Assembly: GCA_964415615.1 (NCBI GenBank)
Contig: CAYQAW010000002.1
Location: 1,897-65,896, forward strand
Reading direction: 5' to 3'
From: an uncultured Gammaproteobacteria bacterium
GTDB lineage: Bacteria > Patescibacteriota > Microgenomatia > Daviesbacterales > UBA10151
Length of the DNA stretch: 64,000 bases
The translations under genes were made by a program, and so were the position numbers. Below are positions 1 to 8,340 of this stretch, piece after piece. Within the stretch, counting starts at the first letter, position 1, and each line of letters opens with the position of its first letter. A model generated the notes under the pieces. That model saw only the letters and a list, made by a program, of their open reading frames with translations. It did not search any database and was not told where the DNA came from.

Positions 1-417
1 ACTAACAACATTAGTGGTTTGATTATTTGCAAAGAATTTTTGATCAACCAATGGCCCTGTAGGGCTTGAAATCTGGATTTCATAACCATTTTTATTATTG
101 TTAATAACAGGAGTTATGCTATCTATTACTCCTGATAAAAGATAGACAGCATATAAAGATTTAACAGCTGAAGATGAAGTTTCAATTGGTAGACTGATAT
201 TCAAAGCAGTCGCTACTGCTGGTATTGATGGATTGGATTTATTTGGTATAGTTGCAGATTGATTCCTGGAATTGTTGAATTTGGACAAAAAGTATCCTGC
301 CAGGAAACTTAACAATATAGTTACCAAGAAAACAGTAATCAAAATTGGTCGGGACGAGAGAGAAGGATGGATAAGTGGTTTAGAAGCAACTGGTGGGGGT
401 TGGACAGACGGATCCAT
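1..417 (-). CDS. Partial CDS (N-terminal part of a membrane-anchored protein). The start is at the minus-strand ATG at 417-415; the rest lies beyond the window edge.
   Basis: Hand translation of the minus strand from 417 gives MDPSVQPPPVASKPLIHPSLSSRPILITVFLVTILLSFLAGYFLSKFNNS..., open to position 1. It has one N-terminal TM helix. It is absent from the ORF track because it is truncated. Confidence 0.4.
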   Translation of the reverse strand, partial: MDPSVQPPPVASKPLIHPSLSSRPILITVFLVTILLSFLAGYFLSKFNNSRNQSATIPNKSNPSIPAVATALNISLPIETSSSAVKSLYAVYLLSGVIDSITPVINNNKNGYEIQISSPTGPLVDQKFFANNQTTNVVS

Positions 418-456
418 GTTGTAAATATAGAATAAATAAAGGAGAATTACAAGCTA

Positions 457-1527
457 TTAACGAACCATTTTTAAGCTAAAATTCATTTTACCGCTGTTAT
501 ATGGATCAAGGGCGTGCTGACGTAGGATAGCTGAAAAATCAGGCCCCCAGGTTTTATTCGGCTCATCTCTAGTATAAATAAAATGTAGTGTATTAGAGGT
601 TATATATCTATTCAGTTTATTTCCACCTTCAGTGTTGAGATTGGAAGAAGGTAGGCTGAAATGTTTTTGCCATACACCAGCTGAGGTTTTGATGACGTAT
701 AATCTGAGTATTTCTCTCAGACTGGGAATTTGAGTTGATAGATCTTGTCTAGGATCATACCATGTTTTATCTTTAGGCCAAGGTACATCATCTGGATTAT
801 CATAGAAGAAAAACTCAAACTTGTCTCCAGGAGCATATTTTTTGGCAACAGCCACTATTGCTGCCCAGTTATTTTGTGGATCTTCTCTGTTATCAATTAC
901 TCCTACTCTGGAACCCATATTATGAATCATTACTCCATCTCTTTCTAAACTTCCAATTTCTTTTGGAAAAGCAGTAGCAGGAGCTTCAGGTTTAGGTTCC
1001 TGTTTTGGAGGGGGAGCTGGTTCAGGTGCTGGAACAGGTGTTGGCTGTTCCGCTGGAACAGGGGTAGGTGATGGTTTTGGGGTAGGAATTTTGGTAGGTT
1101 CAGGTTTTGCAGGAGGAACTTCTGTGGGTTTAATAGTAGCTGTGGCTGGTATTTTGGTAGGAGGCACTTCTGTTGCTGTTGCAGTAATTGTTGCAGTACT
1201 TGCTGGTCTAGTTGCTGTTGCTGTTCCTGTTGGTGTATTTGAAGCAGTAGGTTCTGTAGTGTTGGTAACAGTGCTGGTAGAAGTAACAGTTGAAGTTTCT
1301 GTAACTGTTGGTGGAGCTGGGAAAGGAGTTTGAGTGACTAGCTCGTTAAAGGTTTTTAAAGAAGGCATAATACCTCCTTCTTGATTTTCACTGGCACTGA
1401 CTGGTTGCCTGGAAGTTCCCTCCAAAATTGCTTTTCCTGCAAGCACTGCACCTGCTGTGCCTGAGAATCCTAAAGCAGCAGCCAGAGCCACACGTAATCC
1501 TGTATGTCTTCTCTCCGGATTAGCCAT
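457..1527 (-). CDS. Secreted protein: signal peptide, long Thr/Pro/Ala-rich linker, conserved C-terminal globular domain of unknown function.
   Basis: N-terminal hydrophobic signal (LRVALAAALGFSGTAGAVLAG). A linker of about 150 aa of TxTxT and PxP repeats. A C-terminal domain of about 170 aa that is not low-complexity. Confidence 0.55.
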   Translation of the reverse strand: MANPERRHTGLRVALAAALGFSGTAGAVLAGKAILEGTSRQPVSASENQEGGIMPSLKTFNELVTQTPFPAPPTVTETSTVTSTSTVTNTTEPTASNTPTGTATATRPASTATITATATEVPPTKIPATATIKPTEVPPAKPEPTKIPTPKPSPTPVPAEQPTPVPAPEPAPPPKQEPKPEAPATAFPKEIGSLERDGVMIHNMGSRVGVIDNREDPQNNWAAIVAVAKKYAPGDKFEFFFYDNPDDVPWPKDKTWYDPRQDLSTQIPSLREILRLYVIKTSAGVWQKHFSLPSSNLNTEGGNKLNRYITSNTLHFIYTRDEPNKTWGPDFSAILRQHALDPYNSGKMNFSLKMVR

Positions 1528-1858
1528 TAAGCATCCTTCCTATTAATTCTGTGGCTGTTTGTGTCAATGTTTTTATTAGTGAAGGTGTTTGTGGATTAGA
1601 TAAGGAAACAACCGCAATAGAGGTTCCAGCGCCAACTGCTGCAGTAGTAGTAAGAACTAATGGGCGGTACCATTTATCCTGAGGTTGTCTGCCACCTGAG
1701 AAAATCTCTTTTACAGAAGTGGGGAATTCTCTAAAATTTACCCCTTGACTGAAAGCCAATTTTAAGGTACCGTTAATAGATAACGGTGTCTCTGTGGAAG
1801 GAGCGCTGTTTCTTTTTTGGTTTGAAACGGATCCGTCCAAACCTTCTTTAATATTCAT
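1520..1858 (-). CDS. Small hypothetical protein with one predicted TM segment.
   Basis: ORF of 112 aa. Hydrophobic stretch LVLTTTAAVGAGTSIAVV. Start overlaps the stop of the downstream gene (operon-like). Confidence 0.35.
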   Translation of the reverse strand: MNIKEGLDGSVSNQKRNSAPSTETPLSINGTLKLAFSQGVNFREFPTSVKEIFSGGRQPQDKWYRPLVLTTTAAVGAGTSIAVVSLSNPQTPSLIKTLTQTATELIGRMLNG

Positions 1859-1975
1859 AGGTTATCCTATAGAATAAAATACAATAACTGGATTATACCA
1901 TACCTCTACAAAATAGAGCAATTTGTTGTGGGAAAATTTGACAAAGCATACTATCAAGAAACATAATAACTTAGT

Positions 1976-2470
1976 ATGGATATTCAGGTAATTTGTGGGG
2001 TAGGCAGTGGCAGGACCACACTGTCTGCTTTTGATGCTGCTTTAAAAGATGCTGGAGTTTACAACTATAATTTAATTACCCTGTCTTCTATTATTCCTCC
2101 TGGATCTATTGTTTCCAAGATGAAAAGATATAATTCCCCTCATGCTGAATATGGTCATAAATTATATGTCATCAAAGCAGAGATCAGGAGTGAAGAAGCA
2201 GGCAAATTTATAGCTGCAGGGTTGGGTTGGTACCAAATAGAAGACGGCAGGGGTATGTTTGTAGAACATGAGATTAAAGGGGAGACCAGGCTGGCAGTAG
2301 AGTCTGAAATTGAAAGCAGAATCAGTAGATCTTTAAAGGATTTATGCAGGTTTAGACACATTAAGTTTGATCCTCAAAAGGCTAAATCAGCTACTTCCAT
2401 TACCCAAATCAAGGATCACCCTACCTCTGTTTTAGTTTTAGCTGTTTATCAATCAGAAGGCTGGGAATAA
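1976..2470 (+). CDS. pdaD: Pyruvoyl-dependent arginine decarboxylase (PdaD family).
   Basis: About 165 aa with an N-terminal GxGxG-like motif. It has the family's self-cleavage Ser-Ser site in the context NLITLSSIIPPG and the pattern typical of the PvlArgDC family. Confidence 0.7.
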   Translation: MDIQVICGVGSGRTTLSAFDAALKDAGVYNYNLITLSSIIPPGSIVSKMKRYNSPHAEYGHKLYVIKAEIRSEEAGKFIAAGLGWYQIEDGRGMFVEHEIKGETRLAVESEIESRISRSLKDLCRFRHIKFDPQKAKSATSITQIKDHPTSVLVLAVYQSEGWE

Positions 2471-2529
2471 TTTTATTAAAATCTATCAGCTTGTTTTAGC
2501 TTTTAAAGTTGGAGTATAATTGATGTGTT

Positions 2530-2739
2530 ATGCAGGCAATTGATTGGAGTGGAATATATAAAAATTATAAGGGTCTATGGGTAGCTTTGGCTAAAGATGA
2601 GCAAACTGTTCTGGCCTCAGGAAAAACTGCTAAAGAAGCATGGGATCGGGCTTTGAAAAAAGGTTTTAAGAAGCCGATTTTAACCCGTATGCCTACAAAG
2701 CTTATCACTTATGTAGGGTTCACAGTTAATGAAATTTAA
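2530..2739 (+). CDS. Small hypothetical protein (DUF5678-like), translationally coupled to the downstream aspartic protease.
   Basis: ORF of 69 aa whose stop overlaps the next start. Similar small proteins are commonly paired with retropepsin-like proteases. Confidence 0.4.
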   Translation: MQAIDWSGIYKNYKGLWVALAKDEQTVLASGKTAKEAWDRALKKGFKKPILTRMPTKLITYVGFTVNEI

Positions 2740-3121
2740 ATATAAAAGCTACGGATCAGATATCTTAAGACCAGTCATTCCTATAGAGATTAAGTACAAT
2801 AATTTAGAAGTTCCTTATGAAGTACTAGTTGATTCAGGTGCGGATATATGTATTTTTGATGCAGGTCTTGCTGAGATTTTGGATATTGATCTTGTAAAAG
2901 GGGTCAAGAAACAAATTATAGGTGCTACTGGATTTCCAGAGGATGTATATCTTCATACGGTTTATATTGTGGTTAATAGTTTTGAATTTAAAATTGAAGT
3001 TGGGTTTATGGATATTCGTTCCAATTCATATGGAATTGTTGGACAGAAAGGCTTTTTTGATATTTTTATAGTCAAATTTGATCTACCCAAGAAGATAATA
3101 GAATTAAAATCAGGGAACTAG
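2729..3121 (+). CDS. Retropepsin-like (clan AA) aspartic protease.
   Basis: Catalytic motif in the context VLVDSGADICIF (D-S/T-G-A), followed by a hydrophobic flap region. Length 130 aa is typical for single-domain retropepsins. Confidence 0.55.
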   Translation: MKFKYKSYGSDILRPVIPIEIKYNNLEVPYEVLVDSGADICIFDAGLAEILDIDLVKGVKKQIIGATGFPEDVYLHTVYIVVNSFEFKIEVGFMDIRSNSYGIVGQKGFFDIFIVKFDLPKKIIELKSGN

Positions 3122-3148
3122 ATTAGAATATGATGGGTATAAATTTTA

Positions 3149-3682
3149 TCACCTGGGTAATTTATTAATATTTAATAACTCCATAAATAAAAGCACTTTT
3201 ATTACTGGTGATGTGGGATGGTAGTTATATGCTGAGTGGGGTTTAATAGGAACAACATCAAAAGGTTTTACCGAAAGTCCTCTGATAAATTGTTTTGCTT
3301 CTTCTAGTACTTGTCCAATTTCAAGGTTAGTAGAATCATTTTTAATTACTCCTACACCTGAGTACAAACAGGGTTTTACCTCACCTGTATATATAACACG
3401 AGGATATCTAATTCCTTCGCCACACTGACCTAACCTGAAGCGATTACAACATCCACCCCCATATAGCATATTTAAGACGTGTATCTTTGTAATACCCATG
3501 ATGAATTGTTCGTAACCATAATTTACTCCATCTCCTGTACTAGAAGCAGTATGTTGTGCACCATTTTTTAATACTTTGTTCCCTTCAGAAATAAAAAGCG
3601 GTCTGTTTTTATTAAAATATTCTTTTTGCAGGTCAATACATAAAAGAGCTAAATTTTGCTTCATAAAAGATTTAATACGCAC
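3149..3682 (-). CDS. Hypothetical Cys-containing protein (GGGCCNRF...C...C), co-directional with the ArgG-like gene.
   Basis: ORF of 177 aa with a cluster of five Cys residues. Its start overlaps the end of the upstream ArgG-like ORF. I recognise no family. Confidence 0.4.
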   Translation of the reverse strand: MRIKSFMKQNLALLCIDLQKEYFNKNRPLFISEGNKVLKNGAQHTASSTGDGVNYGYEQFIMGITKIHVLNMLYGGGCCNRFRLGQCGEGIRYPRVIYTGEVKPCLYSGVGVIKNDSTNLEIGQVLEEAKQFIRGLSVKPFDVVPIKPHSAYNYHPTSPVIKVLLFMELLNINKLPR

Positions 3683-4800
3683 CTAGAGAATGGTCCTGTT
3701 TTATTAATCTGTTTTCTGGAATATTTGAAGAACCAATTATAACGTGTCCTTTAAACAATTTTCCAACAACTCTACCTTGAACTCTGGTTTGAAAAGCTAT
3801 GGCTAGCTCGGATAATTCTCTTCTATTGGCATCGAACCAACCTCCACGGTAGACTATTTCACCCCACTCTTGATCCATATTTCTTTTTATCCTTCTTTCT
3901 GTTTGGATTAATACTGCCGATTCGATAAATCTATGCAAAGTATATATTAATTCACTAGCTGGAGATTCGTAAATTCCCATTTCCTTGTGTCCTAACTCCG
4001 GAATAGTATCCTCAAAACCAATAATTCTTCCTATACCATGAGCTGCTCCAAGCTGACTACAACGTATAACAATTTGATAAAGTGGCATTTCCTGTCCATC
4101 TATTGCTATAGGAATACCATTTATAAAATCTAAAGAGAAATTTTGAGCTATATCAGGAGTTTCACTTAATGGTTTAGTTAAAGTAAAAACATTTTTTTCT
4201 TCAATGTCACTTAAGTCATTTAGAGGATCTCCTTCTATAGGCTCTGCCCCAAATATTTTGATCTTCAGCAAATAAGGCACCTTTACCTGATGTAATGCCA
4301 AATCTTTCAAGAAATTGAATCTTTTCTATCCTACTTTGAGGGTTTGTGACAAAAGGACCAATAGGCACCATATTTGGATATAGCGAGCAAGCTTTCTCGA
4401 TTCTATATCTGGTGTTTTGTTTGGCTGTGCAGCCATGAATTACATATGCAGGTCTGTCGTCTGGTAAAAACCTGGCTGCAACTTCCATAATATATGCTCT
4501 CGAAAGAGGAGTGATTAAGGGATATCCCCAATAATTACCATTCATCCGGATAGCTTCAGATAGGTAATTGGTTGCAAACGATTCTTTACCGTCAGTTGTT
4601 TTAAAATCCATACCCAACATTAGAGCTCGTTTGGCTGCCCGTTCAATACTATCTTGAGATTCACCAAGGTCTATCATCAGAAGAAGTATTGGGCAATGAA
4701 GTCTTTCTTTAGCAAGTAAAGGAGCTGCTGTTGAATCTACTCCTCCAGAGTAAAGAGCTACAGCACCATAATTTAGAGCTATTTCTTGAGTTGCTGGCAT
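3672..4800 (-). pseudogene. Argininosuccinate-synthase-family PP-loop ATPase split into two overlapping ORFs (4216..4800 and 3672..4310) by an apparent frameshift.
   Basis: N-terminal ORF has the PP-loop YSGGVDST and the ArgG-like HGCTAKQNTRYRIE motif. C-terminal ORF has GIYESPASELIY, resembling the ArgG C-terminal region. The two ORFs are in different frames, overlap by 95 nt and together reach about ArgG length (roughly 380 aa). Confidence 0.5.
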
Positions 4801-4801
4801 G

Positions 4802-4942
4802 TTATTGAATTTCTAATATGACTACTTTTTGAATTTTTTTATTTACTCTAAATTCAATTTCATCGCCTACTCTGTGTCCAAGAAGAGCTTGTGCGAGTGG
4901 GGTTTTAGCATCTAGTAACTTTATTTTCCGATTTCGTTTCAT
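4802..4942 (-). CDS. 46-aa ORF matching the C-terminal FKBP-like domain of GreA/GreB; it has no N-terminal coiled-coil, so it is either a gene remnant or a stand-alone mini-protein.
   Basis: Hand translation: MKRNRKIKLLDAKTPLAQALLGHRVGDEIEFRVNKKIQKVVILEIQ*. It matches the GreA C-terminal pattern (SP-A-ALLG--VGD--E). It is below the length cut-off of the ORF track. Confidence 0.35.
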   Translation of the reverse strand: MKRNRKIKLLDAKTPLAQALLGHRVGDEIEFRVNKKIQKVVILEIQ

Positions 4943-4991
4943 ATTTACAAGACGACTATCCCATTTTTATGATGCCTAGGCCATGACAAGT

Positions 4992-5010
4992 TTGTCAGGA
5001 AAGCTGACAA
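4992..5010. promoter_or_regulatory. 7-bp inverted repeat TTGTCAG-N5-CTGACAA plus a direct TGACAAG repeat immediately upstream of the HTH-STAND gene; candidate operator.
   Basis: Seen directly at 4984-5011 (TGACAAG TTTGTCAG GAAAG CTGACAAG). A TAGAAT -10-like hexamer sits at 5020-5025. The downstream gene starts with an HTH-like domain. Confidence 0.3.
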
Positions 5011-5032
5011 GCTTTGTGGTAGAATCGCCCTA

Positions 5033-7087
5033 ATGATTGGAGCAGCAGATAGGTTTAGAGTGCTTTTTAAAAAGTATCGATTAAAATCTGAAATTTCTAC
5101 CCTTTCGCAGTTGGGCCGTTTGCTTGCTGAAAAAGGGTTTGTCTACGAAGATAGTATTTTTTCCCACTGGCAAAAGGGGACCAGGATTCCTCAAAACCGC
5201 ACAGTTATCTTGAAACTTCTTGAAATTTTCGTTGAACGGAAAGCTATTGATTCACTTAGTCAAGCTAATGAGCTTCTAGCATCAGCAAATCAAGGATATT
5301 TATCTGAAAAAGAGTTACAGAAAATTCCAATAAAACTTAGTAACCCAATATTTCAAGTTCCTAATGAGATTACTGATTTTCAAGGAAGAGAAAAAATTAT
5401 AGATGAACTTATTAATAAAAAGAACATTGAAGGAAAAATTATACTCATTCATGGCGCTGCCGGAGTGGGGAAGACAGCATTGGCAATAAAACTAGGTCAT
5501 CTTTTGAAAGATAGGTTTAAGGACGGGGTTTTATGGTACAAGGTTGAAGAAGATAATATCATGGATATTCTTCTTTCAATAGCGCATTTATTTGGTGAAG
5601 ATATAAGTAATATCAATAATTTACAAGTTAGAGCAACTATTGTTAGATCGTTGCTTGCTGCTAAAAATGTCTTACTCTTCCTTGATAGTGGTGAATTATA
5701 TGATGATATCCATTTACTGATACCTAATTCTCCAGTTTGTACAACTATTATTACATCTCAAAAAGGTCATTTGAAAACCCCGATTCGTTTTATAGATATT
5801 CAGTTAAATCCCTTTACTGACAGTGAGGTTTTATCTCTTTTTAAGGATATTTTAAAAGATAAATTTAAAAAAAATAGTCCAAATGATCTTCTTAAAGTTA
5901 CCAAGAAGGTGGAGAACCTGCCACTGGCTGTTCATATTTTGGCTAGACAGTTATTACATTCAAAACTTAGCGCTATTCAGTTTCCCAGTTTGCTTAGTAA
6001 TGAAAAGTCTGTTTTTCAAGATTTGTATTATGAAGATAAAAATTTATATGCAGCTATTGCTGCCAGTTATAACAAACTTGATAGTATAATGAAATCAGTT
6101 CTAGTATCTGCTTCTATATTTAAAGGAAAAGATTTTTCCCTCAAAACCATAGGGTATATAAATGGTCTTTCAATACCAGCTACAACCAAAACTCTACAAG
6201 ATCTGGTTGATCTTTCTCTTATTGAACATTCATTAAAAAATAGATACAGAATACATCCGGCAATAAAAGATTTTGTCCGAAACAAATTGGATTACCCTCG
6301 ATCATCATATTTAATGATTATTGCTATCTTCATATTTTCCTTTTTCGTCACATGGTGGGTTTTTCTTCAGCTGTTTATTGATAAAAATAACTTCATGTAC
6401 CATATTTTTTCAGCAACCTATGGTCTGATGGCGGTTTTTGGAGGAATCTGGGGAATCCATACCTCATTGAATTGGGGAGGTTTTAAAACACTTATTGGCA
6501 AAGCTATTTTTATGTTTTCATTGGGGTTTTTTGCACAAGTGTTTGGACAAATTGTTTATTCTTATTATTCTATTTTCCATCAGATAAAAGCACCGTATCC
6601 TTCTATTGGAGATATTGGTTATTTCGGTACAATCCCTTTTTACATATATGGAGTAATTTTGCTGGCAAAATCTTCAGGCATCAAGATTAATATTCAATCC
6701 TTCAAGAAGAAAATGATTGCTTTGGTAATTCCAATTATTATACTGACAATAGGTTATATTCTTTTCTTACGAAATTACACTTTTGATTGGAGTAATCCTT
6801 TGAAAGTTTTCCTGGATTTTGGGTATCCTTTCGGTGAAGCAATTTATATCTCTATTGCCATAATAACATTTATTTTTTCAAGAAATATCATGGATGGTAT
6901 TTTGAGGTCAAAAGCATTATTAGTATTGGTTGCGCTTGTTTTCCAATTTCTTGCTGACTATGTCTTTCTATATAACTCGAGCAGTTTTTATTCTGGAAAT
7001 TATATGGATTTTATTTATCTTACTGCTTATTTCGTAATGACAGTAGCACTCTTAAGTTTAAGGTCGCTTCATGTCAAGGTGTATTAA
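5033..7087 (+). CDS. Multidomain protein: N-terminal HTH-like region, NB-ARC/STAND-type P-loop NTPase, and a C-terminal polytopic membrane domain (about 250 aa, 6-7 TM).
   Basis: Walker A in the context ILIHGAAGVGKTALA. A hhhhD Walker B-like LLFLDSGE. A TTR-like ITSQK. The C-terminal domain is clearly paralogous to the stand-alone ORF 8341..9141; shared blocks are WGG(F/W), Y(Y/S)SI, PYPS(I/F)(G/A)D(I/A)GYF, VFLDFGYP(F/L)GE and FQFL(A/T)(D/E)Y. Confidence 0.7.
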   Translation: MIGAADRFRVLFKKYRLKSEISTLSQLGRLLAEKGFVYEDSIFSHWQKGTRIPQNRTVILKLLEIFVERKAIDSLSQANELLASANQGYLSEKELQKIPIKLSNPIFQVPNEITDFQGREKIIDELINKKNIEGKIILIHGAAGVGKTALAIKLGHLLKDRFKDGVLWYKVEEDNIMDILLSIAHLFGEDISNINNLQVRATIVRSLLAAKNVLLFLDSGELYDDIHLLIPNSPVCTTIITSQKGHLKTPIRFIDIQLNPFTDSEVLSLFKDILKDKFKKNSPNDLLKVTKKVENLPLAVHILARQLLHSKLSAIQFPSLLSNEKSVFQDLYYEDKNLYAAIAASYNKLDSIMKSVLVSASIFKGKDFSLKTIGYINGLSIPATTKTLQDLVDLSLIEHSLKNRYRIHPAIKDFVRNKLDYPRSSYLMIIAIFIFSFFVTWWVFLQLFIDKNNFMYHIFSATYGLMAVFGGIWGIHTSLNWGGFKTLIGKAIFMFSLGFFAQVFGQIVYSYYSIFHQIKAPYPSIGDIGYFGTIPFYIYGVILLAKSSGIKINIQSFKKKMIALVIPIIILTIGYILFLRNYTFDWSNPLKVFLDFGYPFGEAIYISIAIITFIFSRNIMDGILRSKALLVLVALVFQFLADYVFLYNSSSFYSGNYMDFIYLTAYFVMTVALLSLRSLHVKVY

Positions 7088-7121
7088 ACACAAGATTATT
7101 ATGTGATAATATTTATATCAA

Positions 7122-7502
7122 ATGGATGTTGTAATAAATTTTTTCTCCAAAACTTGGGGATTATTCTGGTCTATCTGGCCCAAAAGTTTTTGGTTTTTGG
7201 TACTTGGATCAGCGGTAGCTGAAGCTATTTCTGTAACTGTTTTTAGGGTAGTGGGCAATAGAGGGTGGTTTGCTATTTTAGGTTATGTTTTGGGTTTTCT
7301 AACAGTTGCTTTTTATGCAGAAAGTCAGAAATATTCAACTTTATCTGCGTCATATCCTATATGGTTAGCAGCGGTGGCAGTATTGGTTAGTTTCAGCGCT
7401 TTTTTTATCTTTCGTGAGCAAGTCTCTCTAAAATGGGTCATAGGGTTTATACTAACAATAGTAGGAATACTGCTTATACAAACTTCGATTCCCGAAAAAT
7501 AG
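7122..7502 (+). CDS. Small 4-TM membrane protein, DMT/EamA/SMR-like.
   Basis: 126 aa with four hydrophobic helices. It sits between the STAND-membrane fusion and the methyltransferase. Confidence 0.45.
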   Translation: MDVVINFFSKTWGLFWSIWPKSFWFLVLGSAVAEAISVTVFRVVGNRGWFAILGYVLGFLTVAFYAESQKYSTLSASYPIWLAAVAVLVSFSAFFIFREQVSLKWVIGFILTIVGILLIQTSIPEK

Positions 7503-7506
7503 TATT

Positions 7507-8295
7507 ATGCACAAAGTTGTAATTGAACCGGAATTCGAAAGCTTTGAGCCAAAACATTACTTGAAAGCTTATTATTCTAAAGTTGGTTCTGAAAATCTTA
7601 GTCTTTTGGAATTTTTCTCAAAGATTTATCAAGATATACCAAAAGGTTCAATTTTGCTTGAATTTGGAGGTGGGCCGACAATATATCCCTTAATAACTGC
7701 AGCTTCAAAAGTTAAAGCTATTCATTTTGCAGATTATTTAGATACAAATTTGGATGAAATTAGATTATGGAAGAATAATTCTGAAGAAGCTTTCAATTGG
7801 CGCAAATATTTCAAAAAAGCTCTATTCCTAGAAGGAAATAAAAGGGTGACAAAAAAACAGATTATTGCCAGAGAAAAATTGGTAAGAAAGAAAATTACGA
7901 GATTTTTACATTGTGATGCATTTAAAAAAGATCCAATAGATAAAAAATACCGGAATTTCTATGATATTATAAATACAAATTTTGTCACAGAGTCTATTAC
8001 AGATAATAAATATATTTGGGAAAGTCTGATTGCTAATGTTTGTTCAATGCTAACAAAAGATGGAATACTTATTATGACAGCAATTAAAGATGCAAAATAT
8101 TACCACGTTGGTAAAAAAACTTTTCCTGCTACCAGGATTATAGAAGAGGATATAATCCAAGTTTTAACAAAGCTGGGATTTGAGGAGACGAGTTTTTCTT
8201 CATACTCTATACCAGCTGAAGTTGAGGATGAACAGTTAGTCGGTTATACAGGATATAAAGGGATAATTTTCTTAAAGGCAAAAAATAGAGGTTAA
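7507..8295 (+). CDS. NNMT/PNMT/TEMT-family SAM-dependent small-molecule N-methyltransferase homolog.
   Basis: N-terminal FEPKHYLKAYYS parallels the family signature F-P-DYL--YY. It is followed by the SAM motif I in the context LLEFGGGPTIYPL (compare animal NNMT D-G-SGPTIYQL) and an acidic motif II context HFADYLDTNLDEI. Confidence 0.6.
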   Translation: MHKVVIEPEFESFEPKHYLKAYYSKVGSENLSLLEFFSKIYQDIPKGSILLEFGGGPTIYPLITAASKVKAIHFADYLDTNLDEIRLWKNNSEEAFNWRKYFKKALFLEGNKRVTKKQIIAREKLVRKKITRFLHCDAFKKDPIDKKYRNFYDIINTNFVTESITDNKYIWESLIANVCSMLTKDGILIMTAIKDAKYYHVGKKTFPATRIIEEDIIQVLTKLGFEETSFSSYSIPAEVEDEQLVGYTGYKGIIFLKAKNRG

Positions 8296-8340
8296 TCTAT
8301 CGCTTGCTTTTTAAAAAACTTTAATCTATTCTAAATTTAG

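Noticed and set aside
4996-5025. Sigma-70-like promoter upstream of the STAND gene, with a TGACAA-like -35 and TAGAAT -10.
   Set aside because: The spacing between the best -35-like hexamers and the -10-like TAGAAT is 9-10 or 22 nt, not 16-18, so no confident promoter call. Only the palindrome is reported.
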